The notes under the pieces: model-generated
Databases searched by the model: none
Told to the model about the DNA's origin: nothing
The model's input: only the letters and a program-made list of their open reading frames with translations
Position numbers and translations under genes: made by a program
Part shown: positions 1 through 14,148 of the stretch, piece after piece
Layout: the number at the start of each line of letters is the position of its first letter
How positions within the stretch are numbered: position 1 is the first letter of the stretch
NCBI GenBank assembly: GCA_013239625.1
Contig: MU053629.1
Location: 468,676 to 532,675 of the forward strand
From: Lama guanicoe
Taxonomy: Eukaryota
Direction: 5' to 3'
DNA: 64,000 nucleotides

Positions 1-899
1 TGGATATTTTTTCTTCCGTTCCTGCTTACACCCTTATCTGAAGCTGCATCCCTAGTGGCTCACAAATGAGACACTGACGGAATGTGCTTTCTGTGCCTTT
101 TCAATGAGTCATTAGCAGGAGATGATGGTAGCATATTAAACATGCTTAACCTCGGAAGTTCTGCCTTTTTGCAAAATGGAGAAACGGGATTTGATGACTC
201 TGATCTTCTGCCACCTACATGGGCTGATGCAGGGTATGCCAGCCCCTAGAACCAGGCCAGGAGGCAAGGGCGATGGAACAAAGGCAAGTGTGTCTCATCA
301 GTGGTACACAGGTGTGTAATGTGTGGCGGCTAATTCCTGTTTTGTAGAAGACTCAAAAGTTGGCCTCACAATTCTCAACATAGCACAGTCTCTAGAAGGG
401 AGTGTGTTGTGTGTGTGTGAAACTGAAATTATATTTCTAAAAAAATATTCCTGAAGTTTTAAGAAAGTCTTTGGTGTCTACAAAAAGGAACGGGAAAAAA
501 AACAAAACAAACTGAGCCAGGAGCTGAAGAATGTGTGATATCTTCCTTTGGGGATCTGAAATCTTTATCACTGTAGAGTTGTATGCCTTCCAAATTGGTG
601 TTCATGAATTGTCCCTTCTGCAGAGAAATGGCACGTGACTATCTACCTATCTGGTTTTTGGAAGAACTTGAAAATTTGACCCTAATGTGGAAGGCATAAG
701 AACCAAGTAAGGTTTTACATGGGCATACACGTGTATGCATACCCAGGCACACACTCTTCCACAAGTGACTAAGCAGGTAACCCTCACAGGTTCCATCTTT
801 AATGCACGGGAAATACAGAATCATGAGTAGCTTTTGCTTTACCTCTCCATGGGCGGTAGAACAATATGTCACAGTCTTCTCTCTTTAAAACAGACACTG

Positions 900-1130
900 T
901 AGCAGGGACCGAGGAGGTGGATGGAGAGATGACCATATAGGTCGTTAAGTGGGAAAAGGAGCAGCAAATTGCAGATTCAAGAAGTTCAGTGTGCATTTAA
1001 TAGTTTGAAAAAGTGTATATATCTAGCGATTTTAGAAGCTGTACTTATTAACTGGATTAGGGGTGGAGGTCTTGGGGAGATAACCTGCCGTCCGGAGCCA
1101 TAAAGTGGGTTAGAAATATTCACCTCATAG
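900..1130 (-). mobile_element. L2 LINE fragment
   Basis: AAGAAGTTCAGTGTGCATTTAATAGTTTGA..GGAGGTCTTGGGGAGATA resembles the L2 core. Confidence 0.4.
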
Positions 1131-3229
1131 GGAAGTTACGAAGCTAAAAGCCGAATGGTACGAAGTGGAGAGTTAGAATTGTACCTGGAAGATAGCAAGT
1201 GTTCAGTTCATGGTAGTTGTCGTTGGCATGGAAAATGCTTGGAGCAGTGTTTGTCAAACTGAACATGGGGTTGTTTTGATGGAGGGTGGGGAACAGGGAT
1301 GGAATGAGGTCTGAATTTGTTTTTAACAGCATGGTAGACCTTTGTCAGCTGGAAAATAAAATCAGAAAGATTGAAACAAATCTGAGAGAGAGAGAAGGAT
1401 TTGTAAAATCACCTCTGTGATGGGTGTGTTTTCAGTCTCACTACATTGTTTTGCTCAAGACCATTTAATTATGTATGTAGCTGTCTCGTTTTCTGAGAGG
1501 AGTGTGTTTGTTTAATTCCTTACATATTTAGTCCTTGCCAGGGTGCAGGGTTAAGTTCGAGGCACTTCCTGGTCGCTTGCATGGAAGGAGGAAGAGAGTG
1601 TCCTACTTCAAGCCTTCCCCTCTGTGTTCTCACTGTCCTCTTATTCCTCAGGTACGTTGACAGTGGAGTATGTCTGGCCCTTTGAATTCTGGGCCAGAGG
1701 TGCTGCAATAGCACACTTGAAGCTTGAAGGGCAAGGTGATTATGAGGAGTTTTTTGCTGCAGAGTAGAGGTCACATCACACCCCTGTCTTTCTTCCCTGT
1801 GACTGAGTTTCTCACATCTGTGCCGTAGTTTTGAGGAGAGCCAGCAGCGGCTGATGTGGGTGTGGGGGCCCTGGGGTCGGGCTAGCAGGGCCCCTGATGG
1901 ACGTGTGAACTGGGTTCTTGACACTGGTAACGCTGGCTTGACAAATGGTGGTGAGACTCTCAAGGATTAAAGAAAGCGGGATGTTTAAGTGATACTACCT
2001 CCCTTCTGTCTTAGAGGAAACATACCAAGAAATAAAAGAGAATCTGTTAGTAAATTGATTAAAAACTTTTTTCCCCCTGAGTTTGACAAGCTGTACAGTT
2101 GGTTTGTTTTCCCGTCTCAAGGGACTGGCTTCTTAGTAAGGTTTTAGGCTGCGGAGGTCTGCTTATCAAGCTCCTGGGAATGAGATTCGGTCAGGTCGTC
2201 AGGGTGCCGTCAGCTAGGGAGTGGGCAGGACCGTGCTGGGTCCCAGCAGCTGGATCGCACGCCCTCCTGCACACCCCGTGGGCTCTCTGCAGTTCCCTGT
2301 TTCTAACGAACGTGGCAGTAAAAACTTTTCCTCTAGAGTTGTTAGCAGCGGTGGTTATTTAGTGTTTTAATTCTTTTTTTTCTTTTTTTTTAAATATTTT
2401 AAAGCAAAATCTATGACTTGCTAACCCCCGAGGCTTTCTAAGGATGTTCTTCTGCTCGGTAGCTTTCCTTGCTAGTTTGTTTTTCCTTTTTCCTTTTTTT
2501 TTTTTTTTGGTTGTATTTTCCTGCAGCTGACATTTTCAGGACAGAATGACTCCCCCAAGTGTCAATTTCGGAGTTCAAAAGCCACAGAAAAAAACTGCAT
2601 CTTCTCCCTCTGATGAGCAGTTTACTTTGACTCTGGCAGAGACTTGCTCACCCCACTGGGATGTGGGAGAATGTGGTAGAGAGTTTGAAAGCTGCTAACA
2701 ATATGAATGTTCGGCTCTGAAATTGCTTTCCCCACCACCTCCCACCACAGTACACACATACATGCCATCCTGTGCATCCCAGGGCTGGGTTAAGCCCTCA
2801 CGAGGTATCTACAGTTTATATATTCATTCTCGCTTGCTTTAAATTTACCAAGCGTTTTTCAGAACTAGAAGTTTACAAAGTGCATCACTGCACAGCTGTT
2901 TCAACAGAGCCCTCGAGGCAGCCACATGGAGACATAAGGCCCAGAGAGGAGTGGCTGAACTGGGCACTTGCAGTTAGGCTGGGGCAGATGGCGTGTTCAG
3001 CTGCCGTGGGACCTAACATTCTCAGGGAGCTGTGGACGGGGGAGTGTTCTCCTGTACTTTGCCAACTCTGAAGGCCTAGAATAAACACTTTTGATACATC
3101 TGCCTTCTTCTGCACCCCAGCCCACCTCCTGATGGATAAGAGGTCAGAGGGTTCTGTTTCCATACTATCAAATAGCTACATGATCTTAGGCAAGTCGTAG
3201 ATTGTTTTTTAGCAGCTGGCATCTTCAGA

Positions 3230-3395
3230 GCAGCGCAGTGTGCTCAGTGTATTCTGTGCCCCTTCTTACGTGATCCTCTCAAGAACTTTATGAGGTTCTA
3301 GGCATGTTTTCTTTTTATGGATGAGGAAACTGAGAGTTAGAGCAGGTTACAGAGTTGGGACTCACACCCAAGTCTATACAGACTGAAGCTACCTG
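3230..3395 (-). mobile_element. MIR SINE
   Basis: ATCCTCTCAAGAACTTTATGAGG..TTTTATGGATGAGGAAACTGAG (MIR core). Confidence 0.7.
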
Positions 3396-3499
3396 CAAAC
3401 TATAAATCTGCAACATGGTAAATGGGGAATATATAATAACTCTAAACTTGTTTGCCCTTAATATGTAGCTTTTTATGTATGTGTGTGTATATGTAAAGA

Positions 3500-3745
3500 G
3501 GGCAAAGTTGACAAATCCATTGGCTAGTAGGAGAATTTAACACCGATTTCCTTGTAATTTATATATTGAACAGGCTAACAATAAAAACAGGAAAGAATAT
3601 GGAAGCTTAATGTAGTGGACTTGCATAAAACACAGCTCCCATACCTGGCGCATCCTTACCTTGAAGCACATGTGGAGCAATTCTGAAAAGTGACAAGGTG
3701 TACTCTTCACTAAATTGTGAAGTCAGTATCATTCAGACTACTTAA
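3500..3745 (+). mobile_element. Degraded L1 ORF2 (endonuclease region) fragment
   Basis: TTGACAAATCCA..TAGTAGGAGAATTTAACACC..AAGCACATGTGGAGCAATTC resembles the L1 EN-domain region. Confidence 0.45.
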
Positions 3746-6700
3746 AGTCAAAACCAGTTAAGTGGGAAAGTAAAGAAAAAAAGGCAAGTAAATGGTACAG
3801 TGCTCTGGACGTGAGATGCTCTTGAGTTCCTTTTCCATGCTGATGAGCATCCAGACGCCAGCTGGGCTGATCTCAGTGTAGGGGAGGGTGACCAGGCAGC
3901 AGGGCAGTGGAGAAGCCAGCCTGCTGTGGACCACCCCAGGGCTCCTGGGGAGTAGGTGCTGGCTCCTTTTGAGGGGCTCAAGGTGGAGGGTTGTTTGACA
4001 GGGGAACTACTCTCTGCTTCCCAGTTAGGCGTTTTGTAAACCTAAATCCCTACGCTTGCACTCTCTTAAGACGGAGAGCCCTTAAAACCACCTGGGACTT
4101 CTTGTTGATGGGAACTCCAGGCTATTCCAGCATTCCTGGACCCTGATAACATAGTCTTTTCAATGCTGGGAAATTAAAATGTCTTGTTGCTACATAAATT
4201 AAAATCTCTGGCTTCCAGAAAGCTGTGAATAGGAGCTTTGTACGTGGAGAATTTTACACTGCAAATTTTTCTCTTCATGTAGTAATTCTCATTCTCAGAG
4301 GGATGTGTATGTGTGTAGGAAGCTGTTTTGGTTCCTGTTGGAGCTGAGTGGTGCTGAGCAGTGTGTTATAGGGAGAAGGTCCCAGGCTTGAGAGTTGAGA
4401 GCTGGGGAGAGCACTGCCACTGCGGAGGAAAGCCGATGGCTTCTCTTCTCTGAGTCTCAGATGGGGATCAGACACCTACCTGGACTGGAGGTGGACTCAC
4501 AGAGAATAGATGATACTGTGCATTTTAGACAGCTGTGTCCCTGGCATATAGTAAGTGGCAACAAATAATGCCTGTGGGGGTGGTAGTCACCTACAAATTC
4601 ACTGATTCAGGCTCACAGCTTTAGAACGTGCAGTCACTTGGGTTGCATTCATATATGCATTACACGTTGGCTCTTATTCACTCATTCTTACAGATATTTG
4701 AGAAACTGGTAGGATCTAGAAGTTAAAGTGGGTTTTCTCCTGTCCAGGATGAGTCTCCTAAGCAGGTGAATAGAAAGGAACCTAGAATCAAAGGATTTTA
4801 AGTTGGAAACGATCTTCCTCCCTTCATTTTTCACTTGAGGAGGGGAAAAGGACCACAGAGTTCAAATGATTGACCTCAAGTCGTAAAGTTAGCTAGATAG
4901 GACAAGAATAGTGTTGTAGTCGTTGCCATGGTTACCAGCATAGTCTCTGTGTGCAATAATTCATGTCATAACATCTTTATGAGCATGCTGCTGCTGTTCC
5001 AGTCTTGCACGTAGGGAATCGGAGGCTTAGGGGACGAACATCGCTTGCTCAAGGTCACACAGCGCCTGCCCTGTTCTGTCTGTCTGCAGATCTTGCCCTC
5101 CTATTCGGAGCCCTACGCTGCTGCTTTAGTATGTTGAATCCACTTACTAAGTTGCTAAAGCCAGCCATGTGTCCTTAGGGGAGGGGTCTTCTTGTACAAG
5201 GCAAGGATGGTGTATAAAGTGTTCTCAGATCTCCCTGGAATGTACACCAGTCTCTTAGAGATGATTTAAAACTGGCCAGGAATTAACTTGTACATGTAGA
5301 TTCCTGTGCCTTGGTTCTACTAGAATTTATTGAATCCATCCCCATGTTTGCTTCTGAAATGGGGTCATCCATTTGGTCCCTGGGGACCTCCCCACCTGCT
5401 CTCCCCCGGTCATATTTTCTCAGGCCATTGACAGAATCGTACTTGAGGTTAGCACAATTTCTTTTCTGTGGTAATGCTCGAATTGTTTGATCTTTTCCTT
5501 AGGATCAGAAATTGGTGAAAATGTACTGCAATTTCCCATTTCTTGCCAATTTTGACTACTCCTACTTTGTTCCCTCGTATTACACATTCACAAACAGAAT
5601 ACCAATCGCTTTGCAGAAAATGGGGCACTTGCTTAGTCTTGGAACTGATTTGTCTGGAGGGACCCTTGGGGTCGTTGAAGGGATGAGGAGACCAAGTCCC
5701 AGGGAGGGGAGACACTGTTGGGTATCAGCAAGGCTGAGGCCAGTGGTGCTGGGCTCCTCGCCAGACTCCACACCACGCTCCCGCCTCTAGTTCAGGCCTT
5801 CCGTCAACAGCCCCCTCCCCATACCATCCTGCTGAGGAGTTCTGAGTCTCTTTGTTAGAACCCTTTGCAGCGGCAGCCGGCTTGGTGTTGCCTCCATGGC
5901 GAAAGGCTCTGGTCTAGCGTAAGTGCTGGCAGTGGGGGGCGGAGGGCTGAGTGGGAGTGCCTAGTGGTGTGGCTGGTCATGTAGGCCATGGGTACCTTTA
6001 CTGTTTTTTTCTTAAACAAGTGATACACTCGAATTATAAACCTAGTAAGCAAAATAGTTAAGGAAAACTATTTTCTGGTGACTCTGAAACATTAGTGCAT
6101 TTCCTTTAGACATGCAAACATGCACACGCACAGCCATCATGCTCGTGCACTCTGACCACCGGTGTGTACATTGTGTCGTTGGGACTTTGAATTTTCCATC
6201 TCCTTGGAGTCCCCTGTGAGGCCCAGTGAAGCCAACCCCAGGCCCCAGTGCAGGCCTCTGCTCTGGGGTGGTCTGGCCGGTCACAGTGGTCCTGTGGCCC
6301 TTCCCTCAGTGGGTCAAGAGGCAAACTCCTTCACTGGCCAGGATCCCTGGGAGATCTTAAAGGTATTCTGCCTCCAAACAGAAGCAAAAATGTAAAATCT
6401 CACGTTGTCTCCATCAGCTTAGGCTGCTGGCCCAAGTGGATCTCTCCCAGACCCTGTCCCAAGTGAGTTCTGCTTCTGTTGGAAAGTTTGGAAATAGTCT
6501 CTATTTCTGTGTGAGAGGTGATGGGGATGTTGCAGAAGCTGGATCCTGTTCTCAGAGAGCTTATGCATATGCAGACAAGGCTGTGTGTTTGTGTGGGGGG
6601 CAGGTAAGCCATGAATAACTGAAAAGTCGGGCTGTAGGATGTTCACAAAACTGAAGTGTGTGTGTGGGCTTTGTAGTATGTGTGCACATACACCAGTATA

Positions 6701-7549
6701 CAGCCTGTCCATAGAGTCTCTCAGAGTCTAGATGTGTATATGTGTACATACCTGCACACACGTACAGGTGCGTACACACACGCACGCTTGGTAGCAGAGA
6801 CATTCTGAGCCACGAGTGTCCCTTTGCAAAGGCCTCCAAGGGAAATTCTGGGAGCATGGGCCCTGGAGGGTGGGCTAGATTTTGGATTGTAGGTGATGGG
6901 TGCATATCGTGGCTGGTGGAACTGGGGAAGATGTTGCGAGTTTGATGCTAGAATCTGGAGTTTTCTTTGGATTCTCTAGAGACCATTTTAAGTGATGATT
7001 ATAAGCAAGGTTTGGCCTCCTCTGGGATGTACACTGGTATTAGTGTGACTCCCCTCACAGTGTCCTGCCTGGGTGAACTGGAACCTGTGTCCTTGTACAG
7101 CTGGGACTGGGGATAAAAATCCCAGGGCTTCTCCCTCAGGGAACCACTGACCTGTGTTGTGAGTGTTAAGGGAAACCCCACTTTAATGAAAAGCCCAACC
7201 GACTCGTCAGCTGTTCTTGGGTAGAGATGTCTGAACAGGGCGGGGAGGGGGTGGCCACTGGACTCTCATTTTAGTAATAGCAGCATGTCTGTCATGGGCG
7301 AAGATGACCCCACACCCTTGGGGAAATAGTGGTAAGGCAGTCCAGAGATGAACACGCGCCTTGGGAGCTTTGCAGGGAATTTCTTCCACGTTCTGCCCAC
7401 AGTGGGCCAGGAAGATTCTCTCTGACAGACGGTATTTGACCTGGAGTGCGTGGAGACCTAGAGCTGAATGGAGTAAGGCTTTAACTCAGTTCCTGCGCGG
7501 GCTTTTATCTGGTGGTCCTGATCCACTGCCAGCCTCTTTTTCTCCAAAG

Positions 7550-9330
7550 GAGAAAAAGTTTTTTTGATTATCAAAGTACAAAATGATCATTACTGAAAGT
7601 ATTATAAAAGTGGAAGGCTAAACTAATATTCTAAAACCCACAGCAACTGTTAGCATTTGGGTAATTTCCTCTTAGTCTTTTTCTCTATGCATATTTAAGT
7701 TTTTAATTTTTCCAGATTATGAAAATAACATGTGGAAAATACCAAAAATATTAAGTCATATGCATGTATTATTTACCTTGGAGGTAAGTGCTGTTAACAT
7801 TTTAGTGCCTTTTGTTAATGTTTTCCTTTTTTATAGATATGTGCATATATTTTTTCTTCAATATAACAATGATATATTTAAAATAGTTTATATCCTGGTC
7901 AATTTAATATTATTTTCCAATTAATATTGACAGTGCTTGTTATAATGTTATTCAAGCTGTGTAAATGTAGTTTAAATGGATACATTGTTTGTTAGATATA
8001 TCAAAATCGACTTAATCAGTTCCTGTACGTCTTTATACATAAAGCTCTTTCAATATTTCAGGATAGATTATCAGAAGTGGAATTATATGGGTTAAAGGGA
8101 CATTTTTAGGGCTTTCAACTTATACCATCAATTAACATTGAAGAGAGATGTGTGGAAAACTCTGACTATAACTTTATGCTCAGTTGGGCTCTTCTCCCCA
8201 TCCCATCCCCAGTCCCTGCCTCTCCTACCACTTTTGGTTATTCTCTTATTTTATTCATTAAAAAATTTTTGAATAGCCCTTCCATGCCAGGAGGGCACAT
8301 ACGTAGGGAAAGTAATTAAAGCCTTCTGACCTCTGTATCTCAGGCACCAGTTTCCTTCCCCAGAAGGAACCTTCTCTTATACTTTGTCTTGTACTTTGTG
8401 TCCATCCAGAGATAACCTGCGTGGACAGGCATGCACGTGTGTGTTTCTGTGCATATATAAATATAACTGTATATTTTAAAGCACGAGTATAAAAATATAA
8501 CTATGTATCATTTTAAAGCTCAAGTGATAGCCTACCACATTTACTTTTTTAGTATTTCGCTGTATATTTTATAGATCTTTGCACAGAAGTACGTATAGAA
8601 CTGCTTGTTTCTGTTTCTTTTTTCAAATGGCTGCTCAGTATTCTGTCACGTGGGTGCACCATACATAACCTCTTTGCCTTTTGCCCTATTGATTGACATT
8701 TTTTTGGTTTCTGTGAATTTGATTTGTTATTCCTAATGCATATCCATGAACAAACAGCATTTTGCATATATGTGACTCTGTAAGAAGTTTCTAAAAGTAG
8801 ACTTGTTGAATCAGATGAATATAAATTTTTAAAATGGATAGTTATTGCCACATTTCTTTCTTTGGAGGAAAGATGTGTGAGAAGTTGCATCTCCCCACTC
8901 CTGCATCCACACTTTTAAGACTTTTTGATCTTTGTCTTTCTGAAAGATAAAAAGGTGTCTTACTGTAGTTGTAAATTGCATTTCTCCGGTGAGTGGGGTT
9001 GAGCATCTTTGACTTGCTTAAGAACTGTCTTATTTCCTTTCAACAGTTCTTCATATTTTTATGCCTTTTTTCTGTTAGATTGTTGGTTGATTTCTTATCC
9101 ATTGGTTGCAGCTCTTCATATACTAAGAAAGTTAATCCTTTGAGTTGTAAATCATTTTCCACAATCATTGGATTTCTTTTATGGTGTGTATTGCTACTGT
9201 ATATCAGTATTTTTTCAAAGTTAGATTTACTTGAATTTTTCCATCTTTCCTTATATGGCTCCTAGCTTTTGTGCCACACTTGGGCCTTCCCGACTCAACT
9301 TGAAAACATGAAAGTTTTCTTCCTCCCTTA
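7550..9330 (-). mobile_element. Old L1 (L1ME/L1M-type) fragments
   Basis: AT-rich antisense L1 motifs such as AGAAGTGGAATTA..GGGTTAAAGGG, AAATTGCATTTCTC..GGGGTTGAGCATCTTT and AAAGTTAATCCTTTG. Confidence 0.55.
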
Positions 9331-10349
9331 ATACTATTAGGAACTTGCTTTTCATCCCTGAATCATTATCTATAAGTTAAAAGAGGTTGAGGGTGTATTT
9401 TAGATGGAGTCTCAGGTGAGTCTCCTGAAGCCAGTCCATTTGGGAGTCATTGCATTCAAATAAGTGTGGGTGTTACCCAGGTAATGAGTGACCCAGGTTT
9501 ACATAACGAAGTCTAAGTTATTTTGCATAGTATTCGCTGGGAATAAATTGAATGTGAAGCTAAATGAGCTTTCTTCAGGCCATGGGGATGATATTTGGTG
9601 CCCATGCCCAGCCACCTGCCAGATGCTCAGCACAGCCCCTTACGACACGTGGATTGTCCCTGTGGGCAGTCATGGTCCTGTCCTGGGAAGTGGCCCAGAA
9701 CAGCCCCTGAAGTACTCCTGCAAAAGAGACCATATCTTTTCTTTGTTTGAAAAAGCACTGCCCTTGTCTCATGTGGTAAAATGCTGATTTAGCAAGAGGA
9801 CCACGCTTCCTTGTTCTTTGGTTTCTGTGAATCTGATGTCTTGATTGAGCTGAAAGGGCCCAGCTGTGGTGTGTTAGCCATGGTTGCTCACGCGCTGTGT
9901 GACCTTGGGCGAAACACTCGACTTCCTTGATCAGTTCTTCCTCAGAAAACTGGTAATTTCAGTGCCTCTGAGTTGTGAAGATAAGATTAATGAGCCTGAT
10001 AGTTCTCATTTAACTGTACTTAGATCAGGTGGGCCTTTGACCTCCAAGTTCTATGTGTGCAGAAATCTGTCGGGGAGGGATTGTTAAACACGTGGATTCT
10101 TAAGCCCAGGAATATTTATTTTTAATAATTAAGTGATGCTGAAGCAGGTGGTCTGTGATTCACACTTTGAGAAACTCAAAACTAACTAAACCTTGGAGTT
10201 GAGCGAGTCAGGGAAACCTGGTGGGGAAGGATTTCCCTGGCTCCATCCTCTGTCCCTCTCCTTCTGCTGACAGTGATCCATTTGCATCCAGCTTACATTT
10301 AGTTGTAAAAGCTCTTATTCAGGTTTTCAGACTCTTAAGGACCACTTTA

Positions 10350-10442
10350 TTTTATATATATATAAACATATATATATATCATATATACTTACATATAAAT
10401 AATATGTAAATATATATAAATGTATATATAGTATATATATTT
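10350..10442. repeat. TA-rich low-complexity repeat
   Basis: Degenerate (TA)n. Confidence 0.85.
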
Positions 10443-10999
10443 AGAGAGACACACATTAAGATGATTAGCTGATTTTTATTTTGAGAATAATAATAGTTTT
10501 CTTTTTTACCTCATTTGTTGTTTAACAGAGGCCTTTACTCCTGAGGGTAATGCCAGGTGGGGCTGAATTATGGCGCTGTTTATGTCTGCATGGGTGTCGG
10601 CAGATGTTAGCACCAGGCCTGTAGACATCCCTGGGACTCTGCCCAGAGAGAAACATTGGTCTTTCTGTCCAGCAGCCTATAAGCAGCTCTTGAGAAAGAC
10701 CCCGAGCAGCAAGCCCTGTGAATTGTGAGTCTGTGATGCGAAAGGTGCCTCATTCTGGTGGCTTCACGGCTCAGGTTACTGGCTGTCTTCTGCTTATGGT
10801 GTGATCCAGAGAAGTTTGCTGATTGTCTTGAGCAGCAGGAGCCGGGCCACTCGCCTTTGGGATGGTGTGTACAGTGCTTCCCATGTCAGTGTGGACATCA
10901 GTCACCAGGGATTACAATGCAGATTAGGATTTAGCAGGTCCAGGCTGGGACCTGAGCCTACATTTCCAACAAGCTTCCAGGTGGGAGGTCCAGGGACCT

Positions 11000-11200
11000 C
11001 ACTTAGAGTGGAAGAATGGATTAGGAGTTAGACGGACCTAGATTTAAAGCCTGACTTTGCCGTTTCAACTGTGTTACCTGTGTACCTTTGTTCACTCGCA
11101 TTGCCCTGCCCAGCCTTGGTTTTCATCTTCGTAAGGTACGGTACGGCTGTACAACTGAGTGGGGAAATCTGCATAAGAATTTAGCGGGACACATTTAGCG
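11000..11200 (+). mobile_element. MIR SINE
   Basis: GGAGTTAGACGGACCTAGATTTAAAGCCTGACTTTGCC..AGCCTTGGTTTTCATCTTCGTAAG. Confidence 0.6.
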
Positions 11201-11834
11201 CTCTTCCGGCTCAACAGTAGTTTATAAGATTAGAAGGAAGTAAGGGACACAGGTAATTGGATCTTTACCTCCATGTATCAGAAAAACACATTTTGGACAA
11301 GTCAGAAGGCTTACCAATTGAACAGGTTTTTTTTTTTAAGTACCAGAAGAAAGATTGTGAGTATTAGGTGATGATTGCGGTCAAGACGTTTTTCCTCTCG
11401 CATGTCTATTGTTCATCCTGTTCTGAGACCTCTGAGAAAAACTTAGCCTGTGTAAACACTCTGTGTGGGCCAATGCAATCTAGCAGTGCTGGTTTGCTCA
11501 GGGAGCAGAGATTTATGAGAATTTATATTATATTTCTGATGCCTGGGTTTCCTAGTTTGTAGAAATTTGTAGAAACTGACTTCTAATTAAATTTTTGGTA
11601 ACCTCTGCTGTTTGGAATTATGTTTGTGATTGTGATAGTTGCCTGTGTGCTTAGGAGACGTAGGTTCTAAACCTGTCTCTGCTGCTAACGGGCTCTGTGG
11701 CTTGGCTTTAGTTCCATCTTTTGCTCCATGTAAAATTCTAGAGGATGAATGCTGGTCTGCCCCTCTTCACTACTAGGTACAGTGCTCAGTAACTATCTGT
11801 TGCAGGAATGAGGAGAATCGGACAACATTCATGC

Positions 11835-11965
11835 TCCTTAAACTATAATGTACATTTGAATCACCCAGGATCTTAAGACAGTTTCTGATGCAATAGCTTT
11901 GGGATGGGGCCAAACCAGTTCTAGGTGATGCCAGTGCTGTTTTGTGCGTCACTTTGAATACCAAG
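11835..11965 (+). mobile_element. MER5-family element
   Basis: GAATCACCCAGGATCTT...TTCTGATGCAATAG..TTGGGATGGGGCC...AGGTGATGCCAGTGCTG...CACTTTGAATA. Confidence 0.55.
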
Positions 11966-12160
11966 TCTCTAGACAGGCTGAATCTGATCTGAGATTCATA
12001 GAAATCTTTGACATCTCTTTCTCAAGGTCAGTTTCTAGATGTCAGCCTGTTCACTGAAACTGACCAGTAGTCCCAGAGCTCTTGCTGCCTTGGCCTGAGG
12101 ACTTGTCTGGTTCATGGCTTTCATGTCTCTGGCCATTTATTTAGGCGACTTTGTTTAGTG

Positions 12161-12317
12161 CATTGGTTCTCCAGGCAGGAGCAGCAGCTGCATCACCTAG
12201 GAACTTGTTAGAAGTGCAGAGTCTGGGGCCCCACCTCAGATCGACTGAATCGGAAGGTCCAGGGTAGGGTCAGCGTCTGTTATCCCAAGGATTTCGATGT
12301 TGTGCACAACCGCCCTG
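12161..12317 (+). mobile_element. MER5A-like element
   Basis: CAGCAGCTGCATCACCTAGGAACTTGTTAGAAGTGCAGA..GGGCCCCACCTCAGA..ACTGAATC. Confidence 0.75.
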
Positions 12318-12609
12318 ATTTAAAACTTGTCTGCAAATCTGGAGGCAATTTCATGCACTACTAGTGGGTATCAGGCACCTCTCTTTTTTGGGCTTATGGA
12401 TCATGCTAGTATCATGAAATAAAATGAAGGTTGATAGAAAAAAAATTGGAGACTTGGGTAGATTTTAGTGAACTTCCCTGGGCGAGTGGAAGGTAGGTGT
12501 AGACGTGATTCACTGGTTCTGAGACACATTTCTGTGGGTATATGTTAAGATCCCTTTTGCCTGTATGCTTCCTACTATTTTAGGGGGAATTAAGAGACAT
12601 GGCTGCCTG

Positions 12610-12760
12610 TTGGAATCACCTGAGGGATTTTTGAAACTATTGACATTCCGGTCCCACTAGAGATTCTGATGTAATTGATCTGGGGGGTAGCCTGGGCAGC
12701 AGAATTATTAGCAGCTTTCTGGGTGGTTTTTAATATTCACCTAAGATTGAGAGTTACTGA
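12610..12760 (+). mobile_element. MER5-family element
   Basis: GAATCACCTGAGGG...AGAGATTCTGATGTAATTGATCTGGGG...AGCCTGGGCA...TTGAGAGTTACTG. Confidence 0.6.
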
Positions 12761-14010
12761 GTTAAATGAACACACCATTTGATTTTTTTTTCTCTGTATG
12801 TTTTAAATTTATTTGTAATTTTCATACAATAACTCCTTGTGTGTATGTATGGGTTTTGACAAATGAGTACTTATGAAATCACCAGCACACTCAAGAATCT
12901 GAGCATTTGGTTTTCATAAATGTACTTTCGGAGTTTTTCCTCCTTAACAGGACAAACTGAAGCACATTGCCGTCTCTTGATAGGTATTACTACTGTTGTT
13001 TTTACTGTTATTACTATGACTGCCTGCAATTTTATATCTTCTAGTAAGTGTAAACTTCAGAACGGGTTCCTAGCTCTTACTTTGCTGCACAGCTTGGAGA
13101 CCCTCTTCGTCAGTGGTTTGCAGCCCTGGAGGGCCTTTACAACTATAAATGCCCTGGCCACATCCCAGACCAGCGAAACCAGAATCTCTACAGTGGGCCC
13201 AGATGTTGGGCAGCTTCAGTGGGCAGCCAGGCCCGTGGACCTCTCCTCTGATCCTCCCATAAAGTACCTCTGGTCAAAGGTCAGCGTTCTTGTCAAGGAT
13301 GTAGATGTTTCTGACATTTCATTTTTCCTCCTGTGCATTGGTGCAATTTTGAAAAGGATTTAAGGAAAAATGACTTCTTAGAGCTTACTGATGATTGTGG
13401 ATGGTTAAATTCCTCACTTTCATATTTTCACCTACTTGTGATGAAATACTGTCGACCTGTGGAGCATGTTGGTTTGTATTTTCTCTGTGGGGCCAGTGAG
13501 CAGCATTGTGATTGTGCAGATTGTCATTGTGCGGCCTGTGCAGCAGTGTTGGGAGGTCGTCTCAGTGATGTCCCAGGCTCATGGTGCTTTCACTGTAGGG
13601 GTGAGGGAAGTGATGGATGGATGGATGCTCCCTTCTAGGGCTTTGTAAAGTCAGGGGGATGCTTTCCCCACTTACCTGTTTCCAAGAATAGACGCTGTAA
13701 TTGTAGTTGTTAAAAGATGTTTTCTAAGTAAGTAGTATTCAGGGAACACCCACATCTTTCAGAATGACACCTCCTTGGTATGCTGGGGTTAGGGACTAAT
13801 CTTCCAGCAGTGCTTACTTAGTCCAGAAGCTGAACCTGGTCGCCCAAAGAGGCTAAGCTCCTGGGAGGTGGAGTAACTCTGTACTCTATAAGAAGTTTTA
13901 AAAATTCTTTAAAGAGGATGGTCTCATGGAATGCATAGCACAAACCCATTTTATAGATAAGGAAACTGAGCCTCAAAGGAAGAAGGAATTTACTTGCTCA
14001 GTCCCTCAGC

Positions 14011-14148
14011 TTGTTTTTTGTTTTGTTTTGGCAGGGAGGTAGTTAAATTTCTTTATTTACTTATTTATTTAATAGATGTGCTGGGGATTGAACCCAGGAC
14101 CTCATGCATGCTAAGCCTGCGCTCTACCACTGAGCCATACCGTCCCCC
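14011..14148 (-). mobile_element. tRNA-derived SINE (Vic-1-like)
   Basis: Reverse-complement head GGGATTGAACCCAGGACCTC..GCATGCTAAGC..GCTCTACCACTGAGC, preceded by a T-rich tail; adjacent to a MIR fragment. Confidence 0.88.

Noticed and set aside
723..738. Perfect 16-bp palindrome GCATACACGTGTATGC
   Set aside because: It is low-complexity CA/TG-type sequence where palindromes arise easily; no other support.
2480..2700. Strong polypyrimidine tract plus CAG at 2524-26 followed by a short ATG ORF
   Set aside because: There is no convincing donor nearby, and poly-T runs are common in this window.
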